In this document: positions 11,288-21,612 of the stretch, in pieces
How positions within the stretch are numbered: the first letter of the stretch is position 1
Layout of the letters: the number at the start of each line of letters is the position of its first letter
Source of the DNA: Candidatus Caccoplasma intestinavium
Lineage (GTDB): Bacteria > Bacteroidota > Bacteroidia > Bacteroidales > UBA11471
Direction: 5' to 3'
Assembly: GCA_018715885.1 (NCBI GenBank)
Contig: DVKT01000032.1
Span: forward strand, 14,307 to 78,306
DNA length: 64,000 nt
The notes under the pieces: model-generated
What the model was told of the DNA's origin: nothing
Database searches by the model: none
What the model saw: the letters and a program-made list of their open reading frames with translations, nothing else
Translations under genes and position numbers: made by a program

Positions 11288-12442
11288 TTATATCCATTCT
11301 TGGGTAAGACGTCGCGTCTCGGTATCGGTGGCGACATAATCGTCGTAAGTAGGGGTAGATACAAACGATACGGCATTCATTGCACGGGCGATGAGTTGCG
11401 GCATGTCGGTAAAAGCAATGCGGTCGTTCAGGAAGGCATCTACAACAATTTCGTTGGCGGCATTCATGATGCATGGCATGTTTCCTCCTCGTCGCATAGC
11501 CTCGTAGGCATATTCCAGCAAAGGGAATCGGCCGGTATCGGGACGCTCGAAAGTCAATGTCATGTAATGATCCAGTTGCGGTTTCGGGTCGGGATTGGGT
11601 AGTCGATAAGGGTAAGCAAATGCGTATTGTATCGGAAGTTTCATGTTGGGCAGACCCAACTGGGCTTTGATGGCACCGTCTTGGAATTGTACCATCGAAT
11701 GTACGATGGATTGCGGGTGGACGGCTACCTCTATTTGTTCGGGTCCGACATTGAAAAGCCATCGGGCTTCGATGACTTCAAATCCCTTATTCATCATCGA
11801 TGCCGAGTCGATTGTGATTTTAGCACCCATTTTCCAGTTGGGGTGTTTCAAGGCCTCGTTTTTGGTAACATGTTTCAGTTTCTCTGCCGAGAGATTCCGG
11901 AAAGGACCACCCGAGGCCGTAAGAATGATTTTCTCTATGGGGTTGTTGTTTTCGCCCGATAGACATTGGAAAATCGCCGAGTGTTCCGAGTCGACAGGAA
12001 TAATGGGTACACGCTTTTCGAGAGCCAGACCCGTAATCAGTTCTCCTGCGACGACAAGAGTTTCTTTATTGGCCAATGCTATGGCTTTGCCGGCTTCGAT
12101 CGCTTTTATCGTCGGGTAAAGTCCCGCATATCCCATCATGGCCGTGAGTACCATATCGATAGGTTGCGCCTCAACGATTTGTGCGATAGCCTCGCTGCCA
12201 GCGTACACTTTTATCGGCATGTCGCTCAATGCCTCTTTCAAACGGGGATAGAGGCTTTTATCGGCAATGACGACAGCTTCGGGAGAAAAACGACGTGCTT
12301 GTTCTACCAATAAATCGATATTGCGATTTGCCGTGAGGGCATATACTTCAAAGAGGTCTGAGTGTTCCGCTACGACTTGTAGGGCTTGCGTTCCGATCGA
12401 ACCGGTCGATCCCAGTATGGCTAATTGTTTTTTTGTTCCCAT
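11288..12442 (-). CDS. dxr: 1-deoxy-D-xylulose-5-phosphate reductoisomerase
   Basis: GSTGSIG, LANKE, PVDSEH and HPNWKMGAKITIDSA motifs; start taken at MGTKKQ. Confidence 0.97.
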   Translation of the reverse strand: MGTKKQLAILGSTGSIGTQALQVVAEHSDLFEVYALTANRNIDLLVEQARRFSPEAVVIADKSLYPRLKEALSDMPIKVYAGSEAIAQIVEAQPIDMVLTAMMGYAGLYPTIKAIEAGKAIALANKETLVVAGELITGLALEKRVPIIPVDSEHSAIFQCLSGENNNPIEKIILTASGGPFRNLSAEKLKHVTKNEALKHPNWKMGAKITIDSASMMNKGFEVIEARWLFNVGPEQIEVAVHPQSIVHSMVQFQDGAIKAQLGLPNMKLPIQYAFAYPYRLPNPDPKPQLDHYMTLTFERPDTGRFPLLEYAYEAMRRGGNMPCIMNAANEIVVDAFLNDRIAFTDMPQLIARAMNAVSFVSTPTYDDYVATDTETRRLTQEWI

Positions 12443-12457
12443 AAAAAACATGCGCTG

Positions 12458-13321
12458 TCAGAAATGAATATATTCCGATGGATTCAAAGGAATGCCCTGA
12501 TGCCAGAGTTGGAATTCTACGTACGGGCGGATTTTTCCTTCGATGAGATTTCCCGATATGGCGATGTTCTCGCCTTCCGAGACTTTTTGTCCGACCGATT
12601 TTAACAATCGGTCGTTGCATCGGTATATCGATATGTAGTTGTTATTGTGTTGTACTTCGATGACATATCCTTCTTCGGCACTGAAATAGGTGGCGATGAC
12701 AGTCCCGTCGAGTACGGTCGCTACGGGCGATTGGCGCGGCGGTGTGATGCGTATGCCGAAGATTTTCCTCTGAGGGTTGAAAGTCTGTGTTATCCGACCT
12801 TTGACCGGAGGGTAAAAAATTAGGTTGTCGGCTACGTTTTGGTTGAAAACGTCGAGTGTATATTTCCCCTCTTCGGCATATTTGCGCAGGAATGAATTTG
12901 TCGCATTGGAGGCCGGTAAAAGGGAATCAATGGAATAAGTGTGCAGAAGTTGTTCATTATTGATGTCGACCGAGTCGAGTGGAATATTCCCCGAGATGAT
13001 GTTGGATAAATTGTCGAGATACGCTTTGTTGATGTTTACGATACGGGACAGAGAGTCGACCGATATGGCGTTATCTACGATTTGACGGCGCATTTCGGGG
13101 CTGATATATCCCGGTAGTGTGCGGCGTAGCGGCGTGCGGGTAATGAGGTAAGTCGTCAATCCGCCGATAAGGATTACGGCGATGAGGATCGAAAGAATCA
13201 CTGTTAGCCTCGATATGCGTAACATCACGACCTGCTCCAACGTGTGTTCGTTGAAGATCGTAAGTTTATAGGAGAATCGGAGTTTTTTCCACACCGATTT
13301 TATTTTATTGTTTGTCTGCAT
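12458..13321 (-). CDS. Membrane-anchored M23/LytM-domain protein with degenerate active site
   Basis: N-terminal TM helix and a C-terminal LytM-fold pattern (VLDGTV, GYVIEVQH, LWHQGIPLNP), but HxxxD and HxH are absent. TAACTTTG element at 13382-13389. Confidence 0.8.
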   Translation of the reverse strand: MQTNNKIKSVWKKLRFSYKLTIFNEHTLEQVVMLRISRLTVILSILIAVILIGGLTTYLITRTPLRRTLPGYISPEMRRQIVDNAISVDSLSRIVNINKAYLDNLSNIISGNIPLDSVDINNEQLLHTYSIDSLLPASNATNSFLRKYAEEGKYTLDVFNQNVADNLIFYPPVKGRITQTFNPQRKIFGIRITPPRQSPVATVLDGTVIATYFSAEEGYVIEVQHNNNYISIYRCNDRLLKSVGQKVSEGENIAISGNLIEGKIRPYVEFQLWHQGIPLNPSEYIHF

Positions 13322-13615
13322 GCCTTGCGTATTGCGATATTACACTTGTATGCTATATACGGGAAATTTTATCCTAATTTGCAAAGTTAATAATTATTCG
13401 CTATACCTTGCGGGTCTCTTTCTATTTTTAGAAAAGTTTTGATTTTTCGTCGATTGTCTTTTTGTTTGATTGCCATTTTTGTAAGGTAGACGAACTTAAT
13501 CTGCCCCGTTTCTGTTATATATATGCTTGTAAATGCAGATGGCTTCCTTTGGATTTCCCGGGAGAGGGGCATATCTTTTGTTTATCCGGGATCGATAATT
13601 TTTTTGATAAATTGT

Positions 13616-14806
13616 ATGGAAACAAAAAAACGTTTATGGGGTGCGGCGGCGATTGTTGCCGTTGCCGGATTTTTAGCGGGACAGAACGTGAGTGCCCAGA
13701 CGCTGGTCGTCGAAGAGGAGATCGTCGAGGTGCAACCTTTACCCGGTACACAGTATTATAGCAGTAAAGGGGCAAGAAGCAACTGGTTTATATCGGTCGG
13801 AGCCGGAACACAGACCTATGTCAAGTCTCTTCACCGCGGTAAACAGCAGTTTACGTTGGCTCTCGATGTGGCTGCCGGTAAATGGATTTCGCCCTATCTT
13901 GCCTTGCGTCTTGATTTCATGGGAGGAAGCGTCAAAAAAATGTGGCCTCGCGTGGGAGAACCGCAAACGGCTCGTTATGTGGCTCTTTATGGCGACTTGA
14001 TGTGGGATCTTACCAATGCTCTCGGCGGTTATAATCCCATGCGTATTGTCTCGTTCCGTCCTTTTGCCGGTGTGGGTGCCATGTACACTTTCAAAAATGA
14101 AATGGCAGGACGCGATACATATCTTTTCCCCGTATCGGCCGGTATCAATATCAACTTCCGTTTGTGCCACTATGCCGACCTCTTTATTGAGGGACGAGCC
14201 AATATGATGAGTAATAACTTCTCTGAGCAGTTTTGGGCAAGCCGCCGCATCGAAACCGTTGTTTCGGCTGTTGCAGGTATTACAATAAAGTTGGGAAAAG
14301 AACGATTCTCCTCTTACAATCCCTATGCCGAGCAGGCACTTGTCTCTTCTATGAATGAACGTATCAATGACTTGCGTGAGGAGCTCGAAGATTGTGAAAA
14401 CCGACCATTGCCTCCTCCCGAGAAAATAATCATGTATAAAACCGTACCTGCACCGGTCGATACCACACCCGAGTGCACCGGAAAACTCATGTCGGTAGTT
14501 CGCTTTTCGCTCAACAGTGCTCAGATTGCTCCGGTGGAGATGGTAAATATCTACAACGTAGCCCAATATATGAAGACACATAAAAACTGTACGCTCGTTG
14601 TTACAGGTTATGCCGACGAGAAGACCGGTACGCCCGGGTACAATAAACAGTTGAGCCAACGTCGTGCGCAAGCCGTCATGGATACACTCATCAAGCAATA
14701 TAATATACCGGCTGGTCGTATCGAAATGATTGCAGGGGGAAGTACCAGCCAGCCCTATCCGCAAGATAACAGTTGGAATCGCATTGTTCTTTTCTCGACA
14801 AAATAA
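13616..14806 (+). CDS. OmpA family outer membrane protein
   Basis: Signal peptide from METKKR, N-terminal barrel, coiled coil, and a C-terminal OmpA domain (GYADEKTG..YNKQLSQRRAQAV, WNR). Confidence 0.92.
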   Translation: METKKRLWGAAAIVAVAGFLAGQNVSAQTLVVEEEIVEVQPLPGTQYYSSKGARSNWFISVGAGTQTYVKSLHRGKQQFTLALDVAAGKWISPYLALRLDFMGGSVKKMWPRVGEPQTARYVALYGDLMWDLTNALGGYNPMRIVSFRPFAGVGAMYTFKNEMAGRDTYLFPVSAGININFRLCHYADLFIEGRANMMSNNFSEQFWASRRIETVVSAVAGITIKLGKERFSSYNPYAEQALVSSMNERINDLREELEDCENRPLPPPEKIIMYKTVPAPVDTTPECTGKLMSVVRFSLNSAQIAPVEMVNIYNVAQYMKTHKNCTLVVTGYADEKTGTPGYNKQLSQRRAQAVMDTLIKQYNIPAGRIEMIAGGSTSQPYPQDNSWNRIVLFSTK

Positions 14807-14961
14807 ATGAGTGGAGGCCGATGTGCTCTTGCCTCGGTCGTTGTTCCGGCCTTTATCGTTTCGGGATAGGGGCGGAAGTTAATTGAGAATATTGATTGTC
14901 ATCTCGAATGACGGATAGTGTCGTTTCGGGACAGACGAGAGAAACCTTTTTGACGATAAAA

Positions 14962-14998
14962 GCGAAAGGCCGTGCAGATTATCTGCACGGCCTTTCGC
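14962..14998. terminator. 18-bp perfect inverted repeat, terminator between ompA and leuB
   Basis: gcgaaaggccgtgcagat t atctgcacggcctttcgc. Confidence 0.8.
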
Positions 14999-15018
14999 CG
15001 TGTTGTAACGTAGGTAGA

Positions 15019-16092
15019 TTATTTTTCGTTGATGATATAGTCGGTGATCCATTGTCCCACTTCGGAACATTTGTATGCTTTCCCATCTCCGCAAATATCT
15101 TCGGTAACAACACCGGCTTCGAGCGATGCGGCGACGGCCCGGCGTATGGCAGCGCCTTCTTCCGTGAGTCCGAATGCGTATTCGAACATCAGGGCGGCCG
15201 AAAGTATCGTGGCAACAGGATTGGCTATGTCTTTTCCGGCGGCCTGAGGGTATGAGCCATGTATCGGTTCGAATACCGAGGTATGTATTCCTATCGAAGC
15301 CGAAGGAAGCATTCCCAAAGAACCGGTGATGACCGAGGCTTCATCGGTGAGAATATCGCCAAACATGTTTTCGGTTACGATGACGTCGAAACGGCTCGGG
15401 AACTGGACGAGCTGCATGGCGGCGTTATCGACAAACATATACTCGGTCGTAACGTCGGTATTTTCTTTGGCGATTTCCTGCGATACTTCGCGCCATAAAC
15501 GAGATGTACAGAGGACATTGGCTTTGTCTACGACCGTTACTTTTTTGCGACGCTGACGGGCGTATTTATAAGCCAGCCGGACGATACGCTCAACTTCCTC
15601 GCGACTGTACAAGCAAGTATCGTATGCTACTGTACCGTCTTCGCTCCGGCCTTGCGGACGGCCGAAATAAATTCCTCCCGTGAGCTCACGTATACACATG
15701 AGGTCGGTACCTTCCACAATATCCCTACGTAACGGAGACTTGTGAAGCAACGAAGAAAATGTAGTTACGGGACGTATGTTGGCGTAAAGTCCCAATTGCT
15801 TGCGCATACCCAGCAGACCCTGCTCGGGACGGACTTTGGCCGAGGGATTGTTGTCGTATTTGGGGTCGCCGATAGCGCCGAACAATACAGCATCGGATTC
15901 CATGCACAACTTATGGGTTTCTTCGGGATAGGGATTTCCGCAACGGTCTATCGCGCAGGCACCTACCCAAGCATGTTGGTGAGACAGTTCATGACCGAAG
16001 CGTTTACAAACGGCTTCGGTAACTTGCAGGGCTTGTCCTACGATTTCGGGACCGATACCGTCGCCCGGCAATACGGCGATTTTCAGTTTCAT
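15019..16092 (-). CDS. leuB: 3-isopropylmalate dehydrogenase
   Basis: [31 protein letters not shown] and EPIHGS motifs; start taken at MKLKIAV. Confidence 0.97.
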   Translation of the reverse strand: MKLKIAVLPGDGIGPEIVGQALQVTEAVCKRFGHELSHQHAWVGACAIDRCGNPYPEETHKLCMESDAVLFGAIGDPKYDNNPSAKVRPEQGLLGMRKQLGLYANIRPVTTFSSLLHKSPLRRDIVEGTDLMCIRELTGGIYFGRPQGRSEDGTVAYDTCLYSREEVERIVRLAYKYARQRRKKVTVVDKANVLCTSRLWREVSQEIAKENTDVTTEYMFVDNAAMQLVQFPSRFDVIVTENMFGDILTDEASVITGSLGMLPSASIGIHTSVFEPIHGSYPQAAGKDIANPVATILSAALMFEYAFGLTEEGAAIRRAVAASLEAGVVTEDICGDGKAYKCSEVGQWITDYIINEK

Positions 16093-16112
16093 AACAAGAT
16101 ATTTTAGAGATT

Positions 16113-17630
16113 TTACAATTCTTCGATTTGGTTCAGCATTTTTACGGTGGCTTGTATGGCCGCTTCGGTCTGGTCGGCGTCGAGACCTCGGGTTTTGAAT
16201 GTGTGGTTGTGATAGTTCCAAGTGATGACGGTTTGCACGAAAGCATCGGTACGACCCCCGGGAGGAATATCGACCGTGTAATTGGTCAACATCGGGAATT
16301 CGAGGCCCAATTGTTGTTTGTAAATGGTGCGTACCGCTTTTACGAAAGCATCGTACTGACCGTCTCCGGTGGCCGTTTGCTCATATTGTTTGCCGTGTAT
16401 CTCTATTTTTACGACGGCAACCGGGTGCAATCCTTGTGCCAAAGCAAGCGAATAGTTGAGCAGACGTATCTTTTGGTCTTTGATGTCGTGTTTCAATACA
16501 TCGGAGATGATATAAGGCAGATCCTCTTGCGTTACCTGCTCTTTCTTATCGCCCAAAGCAATAATCCGTTCGGTTACTTTTCGCATCGATTCTTCGTCGA
16601 GTTCGATACCCAAAGTTTCGAGATTTTTACGGATATTGGCTTTTCCCGAAGTTTTTCCCAATGCATATTCGCGAGTGCGACCGAAACGCTCGGGAAGCAA
16701 GTCGTTGTAATAGAGGTTGCTTTTGCTGTCTCCGTCGGCGTGCACGCCGGCGCATTGTGTGAATACATGTTCGCCGATGACCGGCTTGTTGGCAGGAATA
16801 CGCACGCCGGAGTAGGACTCGACGACCCGGCTTACTTGATTGATTTTTTTCTCGTCGATTCCGGTCGTGCATTTGAGCTGGTCGTGTATCACGGCCAATA
16901 CGCTCGAAAGCGGGGCATTTCCGGCACGTTCACCCAATCCGTTGATTGTACAGTGTATGCCTTGTATGCCGGCTTTTACGGCCGAGTAGACATTTGCTAT
17001 GGCTAAGTCATAGTCGTTGTGCCCGTGAAAGTCGAACCGGCAGTTGGGGTAACGCTTTATCATTGTCGAACAGAATTCAAAACATTGGTAAGGGTTGAGG
17101 ATTCCCAACGTGTCGGGCAACATGAAATGCTCTATGTATTCATCTTGCAGAGCGTCCATGAGCGTAAATACATATTCGGGAGAATGTATCATGCCGTTCG
17201 ACCAGTCTTCGAGGTAAATGTTTACCCGCATATCGTTTTCCCGTGCTAAGGCGATTTCGGCTTTTATGTCGGCGATATGTTCTTCCGGAGTCTTTTTCAG
17301 TTGTTCCCTGCAATGGCGTAACGACCCTTTACACAAGAGATTGATGGTTTTTCCGCCGGCTTCTTTGATCCAGCGAATGGAAATACCTTTGTCGATAAAC
17401 CCGAGAATCTCGATTTTATCGATGAAGTTTTGTTTGCTCGCCCAAGAGCATACTTGGTTTACCGATAGAAATTCTCCTTCGGATACACGCGCCGATGCGA
17501 TTTCTATCCGGTCGACATGCAATTCTGTGAGCAGCAGGCGGGCAATACTCAATTTTTCCTGAGGTGCGAATGAGACACCCGAAGTTTGCTCGCCGTCGCG
17601 CAGGGTGGTATCCAATATCTCTATACGCAT
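16113..17630 (-). CDS. cimA: (R)-citramalate synthase-like LeuA paralogue
   Basis: [31 protein letters not shown] and a C-terminal regulatory domain; second DRE-TIM enzyme in the leu operon. Confidence 0.8.
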   Translation of the reverse strand: MRIEILDTTLRDGEQTSGVSFAPQEKLSIARLLLTELHVDRIEIASARVSEGEFLSVNQVCSWASKQNFIDKIEILGFIDKGISIRWIKEAGGKTINLLCKGSLRHCREQLKKTPEEHIADIKAEIALARENDMRVNIYLEDWSNGMIHSPEYVFTLMDALQDEYIEHFMLPDTLGILNPYQCFEFCSTMIKRYPNCRFDFHGHNDYDLAIANVYSAVKAGIQGIHCTINGLGERAGNAPLSSVLAVIHDQLKCTTGIDEKKINQVSRVVESYSGVRIPANKPVIGEHVFTQCAGVHADGDSKSNLYYNDLLPERFGRTREYALGKTSGKANIRKNLETLGIELDEESMRKVTERIIALGDKKEQVTQEDLPYIISDVLKHDIKDQKIRLLNYSLALAQGLHPVAVVKIEIHGKQYEQTATGDGQYDAFVKAVRTIYKQQLGLEFPMLTNYTVDIPPGGRTDAFVQTVITWNYHNHTFKTRGLDADQTEAAIQATVKMLNQIEEL

Positions 17631-17634
17631 GGAA

Positions 17635-18228
17635 TTATTTGTTGTGAGTTTCTTCCCAAGCCTCTGTTTCTGCTTTTTGACTCAACAGGTAGTCGATATC
17701 ATCGAGGCCGTTCATAAGGCAGTGTTTTTTGTATGCATTGATTTCGAAGTGTTCGTTACGTCCGGTAGCTTTATTCGTAATGGTTTGCTCGGGCAGGTTT
17801 ACTTCCACTTCGGTTTTGGGATCGGACGAAATAGAGTCGAACAGTTCTTTGAGAAAAGATTCGCTTACGACAACAGGGAGTACGAAATTGTTGAGTTCGT
17901 TGTTTTTGTGAATATCGGCAAAAAAACTCGATACGACAACCCGGAATCCGTAATCGGCGATGGCCCAAGCGGCGTGTTCCCGGCTCGATCCGGAACCGAA
18001 ATTTTTACCGGCTACCAGTATTTCACCTCCGTAGGTAGGGTTATTGAGTACGAAATCTTTATTTACGGAACCGTCGGGATTGTAACGCCAGTCCCGAAAA
18101 AGATTTTCACCGAACCCCTCTCGGGTAGTAGCTTTGAGAAAGCGTGCCGGTATGATCTGGTCGGTGTCGACATTTTCGAGGGGAAGGGGTACACATGTGC
18201 TTGTTATGATATTGAATTTCTGTTTCAT
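17635..18228 (-). CDS. leuD: 3-isopropylmalate dehydratase small subunit
   Basis: [13 protein letters not shown] and [11 protein letters not shown] motifs. Confidence 0.97.
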   Translation of the reverse strand: MKQKFNIITSTCVPLPLENVDTDQIIPARFLKATTREGFGENLFRDWRYNPDGSVNKDFVLNNPTYGGEILVAGKNFGSGSSREHAAWAIADYGFRVVVSSFFADIHKNNELNNFVLPVVVSESFLKELFDSISSDPKTEVEVNLPEQTITNKATGRNEHFEINAYKKHCLMNGLDDIDYLLSQKAETEAWEETHNK

Positions 18229-18247
18229 GATCGTTTGCTTTTGTGGG

Positions 18248-19642
18248 TTACATCAAAGTTCTGGGGTCGGTTATCACTCCGGTTATGGCTGCTGCCGCTG
18301 CTACCAGCGGACTGGCCAGCAATGTGCGCGAGCCGGGGCCTTGCCGGCCCTCGAAGTTCCGATTGCTTGTCGATACGGCATATTTACCGGCGGGAACTTT
18401 GTCGTCGTTCATGGCAAGACAAGCCGAACACCCCGGTTGGCGTATCTCAAACCCCGCCTCGTACAATATCTTGTCGAGGCCTTCTTCCCGTATTTGGGCA
18501 TCAACCATCCATGAACCGGGAACAAGCCATGCGACAATATGGTCGGCCTTTTTCCGACCCTTCACCAAAGAGGCAAAAGCTCGGAAATCTTCTATACGTC
18601 CGTTGGTGCAAGCTCCCAAGAATATGTAGTCGACGGGTTTCCCCAAAAGGGGATCTCCCGGTTGGAATCCCATGTATTGCATTGATTTTTCAAATGAAGA
18701 TTTTTCGACTTCGCTCATGCCTTCGGTCGTTGGGATATGGGCGGTAACGGCCGTCCCCATGCCGGGATTGGTACCGTATGTAATCATGGGTTCGATGTCG
18801 GCGGCGTTGTATCTTAGTTCCTTATCGAATACGGCGTTTTCGTCGCTTTTAAGTGTTTTCCAGTAGGCGACTGCTTTTTCCCACGCTTCGCCTTGCGGTG
18901 CGTATTCACGGCCTTTGATATATGCAAATGTCGTTTCATCGGGTGCAATCATACCACCGCGAGCTCCCATCTCGATACTTAGATTGCAAAGGGTGAGGCG
19001 TCCTTCCATAGAAAGACTCCGCACGGCTTCGCCGGCATATTCTATGAAATATCCGGTAGCACCGCTGGTAGAGATCTTCGACATCAGGTACAGGGCAAGG
19101 TCTTTGGCAGTAACGCCTTTCCCCAGTTTCCCATCGATGATGATACGCATGGTCTTGGGGCGTGATTGCAAGATGCATTGTGTTGCCAGAACCATTTCGA
19201 CTTCGCTTGTCCCGATACCGAATGCGATGGCTCCCATAGCACCATGTGTCGAGGTGTGGGAGTCGCCGCACACGATGGTCATACCGGGTAGTGTGAGGCC
19301 GCGTTCGGGACCGACGACATGAATGATTCCGTTTTTGGAATCGAGCATACCGAAGTGGGTAAGTCCGAATTCTTGGGCATTGCGGGCCAATGTATCGACC
19401 TGTTTACGGGAAACGGGGTCTTCGATAGGTTTGTCCTGATCATGTGTCGGCGTGTTGTGGTCGGGCATGCAGTATATATGGTCGGGACGGAAACATTTCA
19501 ATCCCCGGGCACGTAATCCGTCGAACGCTTGCGGGCTGGTTACTTCGTGGCAATAAAGCCGGTCTATGTAAAGTTGGGTAGGGCCGTCTTCGATTTTTTG
19601 CACGACATGGGCGTCCCATATTTTATCGAAAAGAGTATTCAT
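18248..19642 (-). CDS. leuC: 3-isopropylmalate dehydratase large subunit
   Basis: [37 protein letters not shown] and [12 protein letters not shown] motifs. Confidence 0.97.
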   Translation of the reverse strand: MNTLFDKIWDAHVVQKIEDGPTQLYIDRLYCHEVTSPQAFDGLRARGLKCFRPDHIYCMPDHNTPTHDQDKPIEDPVSRKQVDTLARNAQEFGLTHFGMLDSKNGIIHVVGPERGLTLPGMTIVCGDSHTSTHGAMGAIAFGIGTSEVEMVLATQCILQSRPKTMRIIIDGKLGKGVTAKDLALYLMSKISTSGATGYFIEYAGEAVRSLSMEGRLTLCNLSIEMGARGGMIAPDETTFAYIKGREYAPQGEAWEKAVAYWKTLKSDENAVFDKELRYNAADIEPMITYGTNPGMGTAVTAHIPTTEGMSEVEKSSFEKSMQYMGFQPGDPLLGKPVDYIFLGACTNGRIEDFRAFASLVKGRKKADHIVAWLVPGSWMVDAQIREEGLDKILYEAGFEIRQPGCSACLAMNDDKVPAGKYAVSTSNRNFEGRQGPGSRTLLASPLVAAAAAITGVITDPRTLM

Positions 19643-19673
19643 AATATCGTGTTTTGTATGTTGAATGCAGGGG

Positions 19674-21170
19674 TTAATGTATGAATTTGTTGATGGCGTC
19701 GATAAAGGCTTCGACCGATGCTGCGACGATATCGGTATTGGCGGCGAATCCGTTGTAATGTACACCGTCGTAAGCAACGGCCATATGCACTTTACCCACG
19801 TCGTCGCTTCCTTTGGTAATGGCTTGGATCAGGAATTCCTGTATCGTCATTTGCCGGTGTATAATCTGCTTTACCGCTTTGATGGCGGCGTCGACCGGAC
19901 CGTTTCCTGTAGATGCGGCTTCGAAGCGTTCTCCGGCGATAAGCAGTCCTACACTGGCTACCGAGCGCACTCCTACACCCGATGTTACTTGCAGGTAGTC
20001 GAGTGTGATGCGGGCGTTCTCCGAACGGGCTTTTCCTACGAGCATCAGCAAGTCGTCGTCGTTGAGGTCTTTTTTGCGATCGGCCAATTTCAGGAAATCT
20101 TCGTATGCTTTATCGAGAGCCTCTTTGTCGAGTTCCACGCCCAAGATATGCAGGCGGTGTTTCAGTGCGGCGCGGCCGCTGCGGGCGGTGAGGACGATCG
20201 AGTTTTCGTCGATGCCCACGTCGCGCGGGTCTATGATTTCGTAATTCTCCCGGTTTTTCAGTACGCCGTCTTGATGTATACCCGACGAGTGGGCGAAAGC
20301 GTTACGTCCCACAATGGCTTTATTGGGTTGTACGGGCATGCTCATAAGGCTCGAAACCAAACGGCTGGTACTGTATATTTTTTGCGTGTTGATATTGGTA
20401 TCGATGTTCAGGTCTTTGTGGCTCTTGAATATCATGGCTACCTCTTCGAGCGAGGTGTTTCCGGCTCGTTCTCCGATACCGTTTATGGTAACTTCGGCTT
20501 GGCGGGCCCCGTTGAGAATGCCCGATATGGTGTTGGCCGTAGCCATGCCCAGGTCGTTGTGGCAATGGGTGGCGATGATGGCTTTGTCGATGCCGTTCAC
20601 GTTTTCTTTGAGAAAACGTATTTTCCGGCCGAATTCTTCGGGCAGACAATATCCGGTCGTGTCGGGAATATTTACGACTGTGGCTCCGGCTTTGATGACG
20701 GCTTCGATGACACGTGCCAAATATTCATTGTCGGTACGTCCGGCATCTTCGGCATAGAACTCTACGTCCTCAACATACTTCTTTGCATATTTTACGGCGG
20801 CGACGGCGCGTTCTATGATTTCTTCCCGGGTGGAATTGAACTTGTATTTGATGTGGTAGTCCGATGTTCCGATACCCGTGTGGATACGTTTGTGCTTGGC
20901 ATACTGCAAGGCTTCGGCAGCGACTTTTATGTCGTTTTCATTGGCGCGGGTCAGCGCACAGATGGTGGGCCACGTTACGGCTTTGGAGATGGTTACGACC
21001 GAGTTGAAGTCGCCCGGGCTCGATACGGGAAATCCCGCTTCGATGATATCTACCCCCAATGCTTCGAGAGCCTTGGCCACTTCTATTTTCTCTACGGTGT
21101 TCAACTGACAACCCGGCACTTGCTCGCCGTCGCGCAGGGTTGTATCGAAGATGTATAATTTTTCAGACAT
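19674..21170 (-). CDS. leuA: 2-isopropylmalate synthase
   Basis: [30 protein letters not shown] and HSSGIHQDG motifs. Confidence 0.97.
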   Translation of the reverse strand: MSEKLYIFDTTLRDGEQVPGCQLNTVEKIEVAKALEALGVDIIEAGFPVSSPGDFNSVVTISKAVTWPTICALTRANENDIKVAAEALQYAKHKRIHTGIGTSDYHIKYKFNSTREEIIERAVAAVKYAKKYVEDVEFYAEDAGRTDNEYLARVIEAVIKAGATVVNIPDTTGYCLPEEFGRKIRFLKENVNGIDKAIIATHCHNDLGMATANTISGILNGARQAEVTINGIGERAGNTSLEEVAMIFKSHKDLNIDTNINTQKIYSTSRLVSSLMSMPVQPNKAIVGRNAFAHSSGIHQDGVLKNRENYEIIDPRDVGIDENSIVLTARSGRAALKHRLHILGVELDKEALDKAYEDFLKLADRKKDLNDDDLLMLVGKARSENARITLDYLQVTSGVGVRSVASVGLLIAGERFEAASTGNGPVDAAIKAVKQIIHRQMTIQEFLIQAITKGSDDVGKVHMAVAYDGVHYNGFAANTDIVAASVEAFIDAINKFIH

Positions 21171-21197
21171 GATGATATATTGGTTTCATTTGTTTTC

Positions 21198-21238
21198 AAA
21201 AAAAAACCTTTCTGCACAGGGACGTGTGAGAAAGGTTT
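21198..21238 (-). terminator. Attenuator terminator in the leu operon leader
   Basis: Minus strand AAACCTTTCTCACA-CGTCCC-TGTGCAGAAAGG followed by a 9-T run, about 27 nt before the leuA ATG. Confidence 0.85.
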
Positions 21239-21264
21239 GTATATCGGTTTGTTTTCTGCATGTT

Positions 21265-21342
21265 TCAGAGCACCGGCTCACCGTCCATCGAAATCTTCGG
21301 TAGAATAATAATTCGTAGGTTGTTAAGTCGGAAGTTGCGCAT
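21265..21342 (-). CDS. leu/cim operon leader peptide MRNFRLNNLRIIILPKISMDGEPVL (25 aa)
   Basis: Read directly: ATG CGC AAC TTC CGA CTT AAC AAC CTA CGA ATT ATT ATT CTA ... CTC TGA. It lies between the promoter and the terminator. Confidence 0.8.
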   Translation of the reverse strand: MRNFRLNNLRIIILPKISMDGEPVL

Positions 21343-21370
21343 ATTTGCTGTTGGTTTGTTATTTCGGGTG

Positions 21371-21401
21371 CAAAGTTAGGAATAAATTTGGACTTAGCAA
21401 A
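21371..21401 (-). promoter_or_regulatory. Bacteroidetes sigma-A promoter of the leu operon
   Basis: TTTG (-33), 19-nt spacer, TAACTTTG (-7) on the minus strand. Confidence 0.8.
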
Positions 21402-21552
21402 TAAAATGCAAGTTTTTTCATATTCTGTTTTACGGTTTATCCTTTTTTAGGAGAATGAAATGATAAATCATAATGATTTTCGAGACCTTCCTGACAGAGG
21501 AAACGGTTTGTCGATTTTATAAAAAACACATGCTTTCCGGGAGATGCCTATC

Positions 21553-21560
21553 TATTTTTG
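21553..21560 (+). promoter_or_regulatory. Candidate -7 element for the three-gene accessory module
   Basis: TATTTTTG(C) 52 nt before the ORF; no clean -33 box. Confidence 0.45.
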
Positions 21561-21612
21561 CCGTGTCATGGCATGAAAACAGAAAATAAAGATAAGCTTA
21601 TCGAAATATAAT

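Noticed and set aside
14896-14946. Degenerate copies of the TGTC repeat (tgtcatctcgaatgac, tgtcgtttcggg...gagagaaacc)
   Set aside because: Too short and diverged to call by eye.
16113-17630. Redundant second leuA as a novelty
   Set aside because: It fits the citramalate synthase paralogue usual in Bacteroidales leu operons.
19665-21158. Long antisense ORFs (497 aa opposite leuA; also 8945-9907, 13739-14764, 17605-18747, 51085-52059, 53390-54433 and others)
   Set aside because: Shadow frames of well-conserved genes produced by codon bias; no recognisable motifs.
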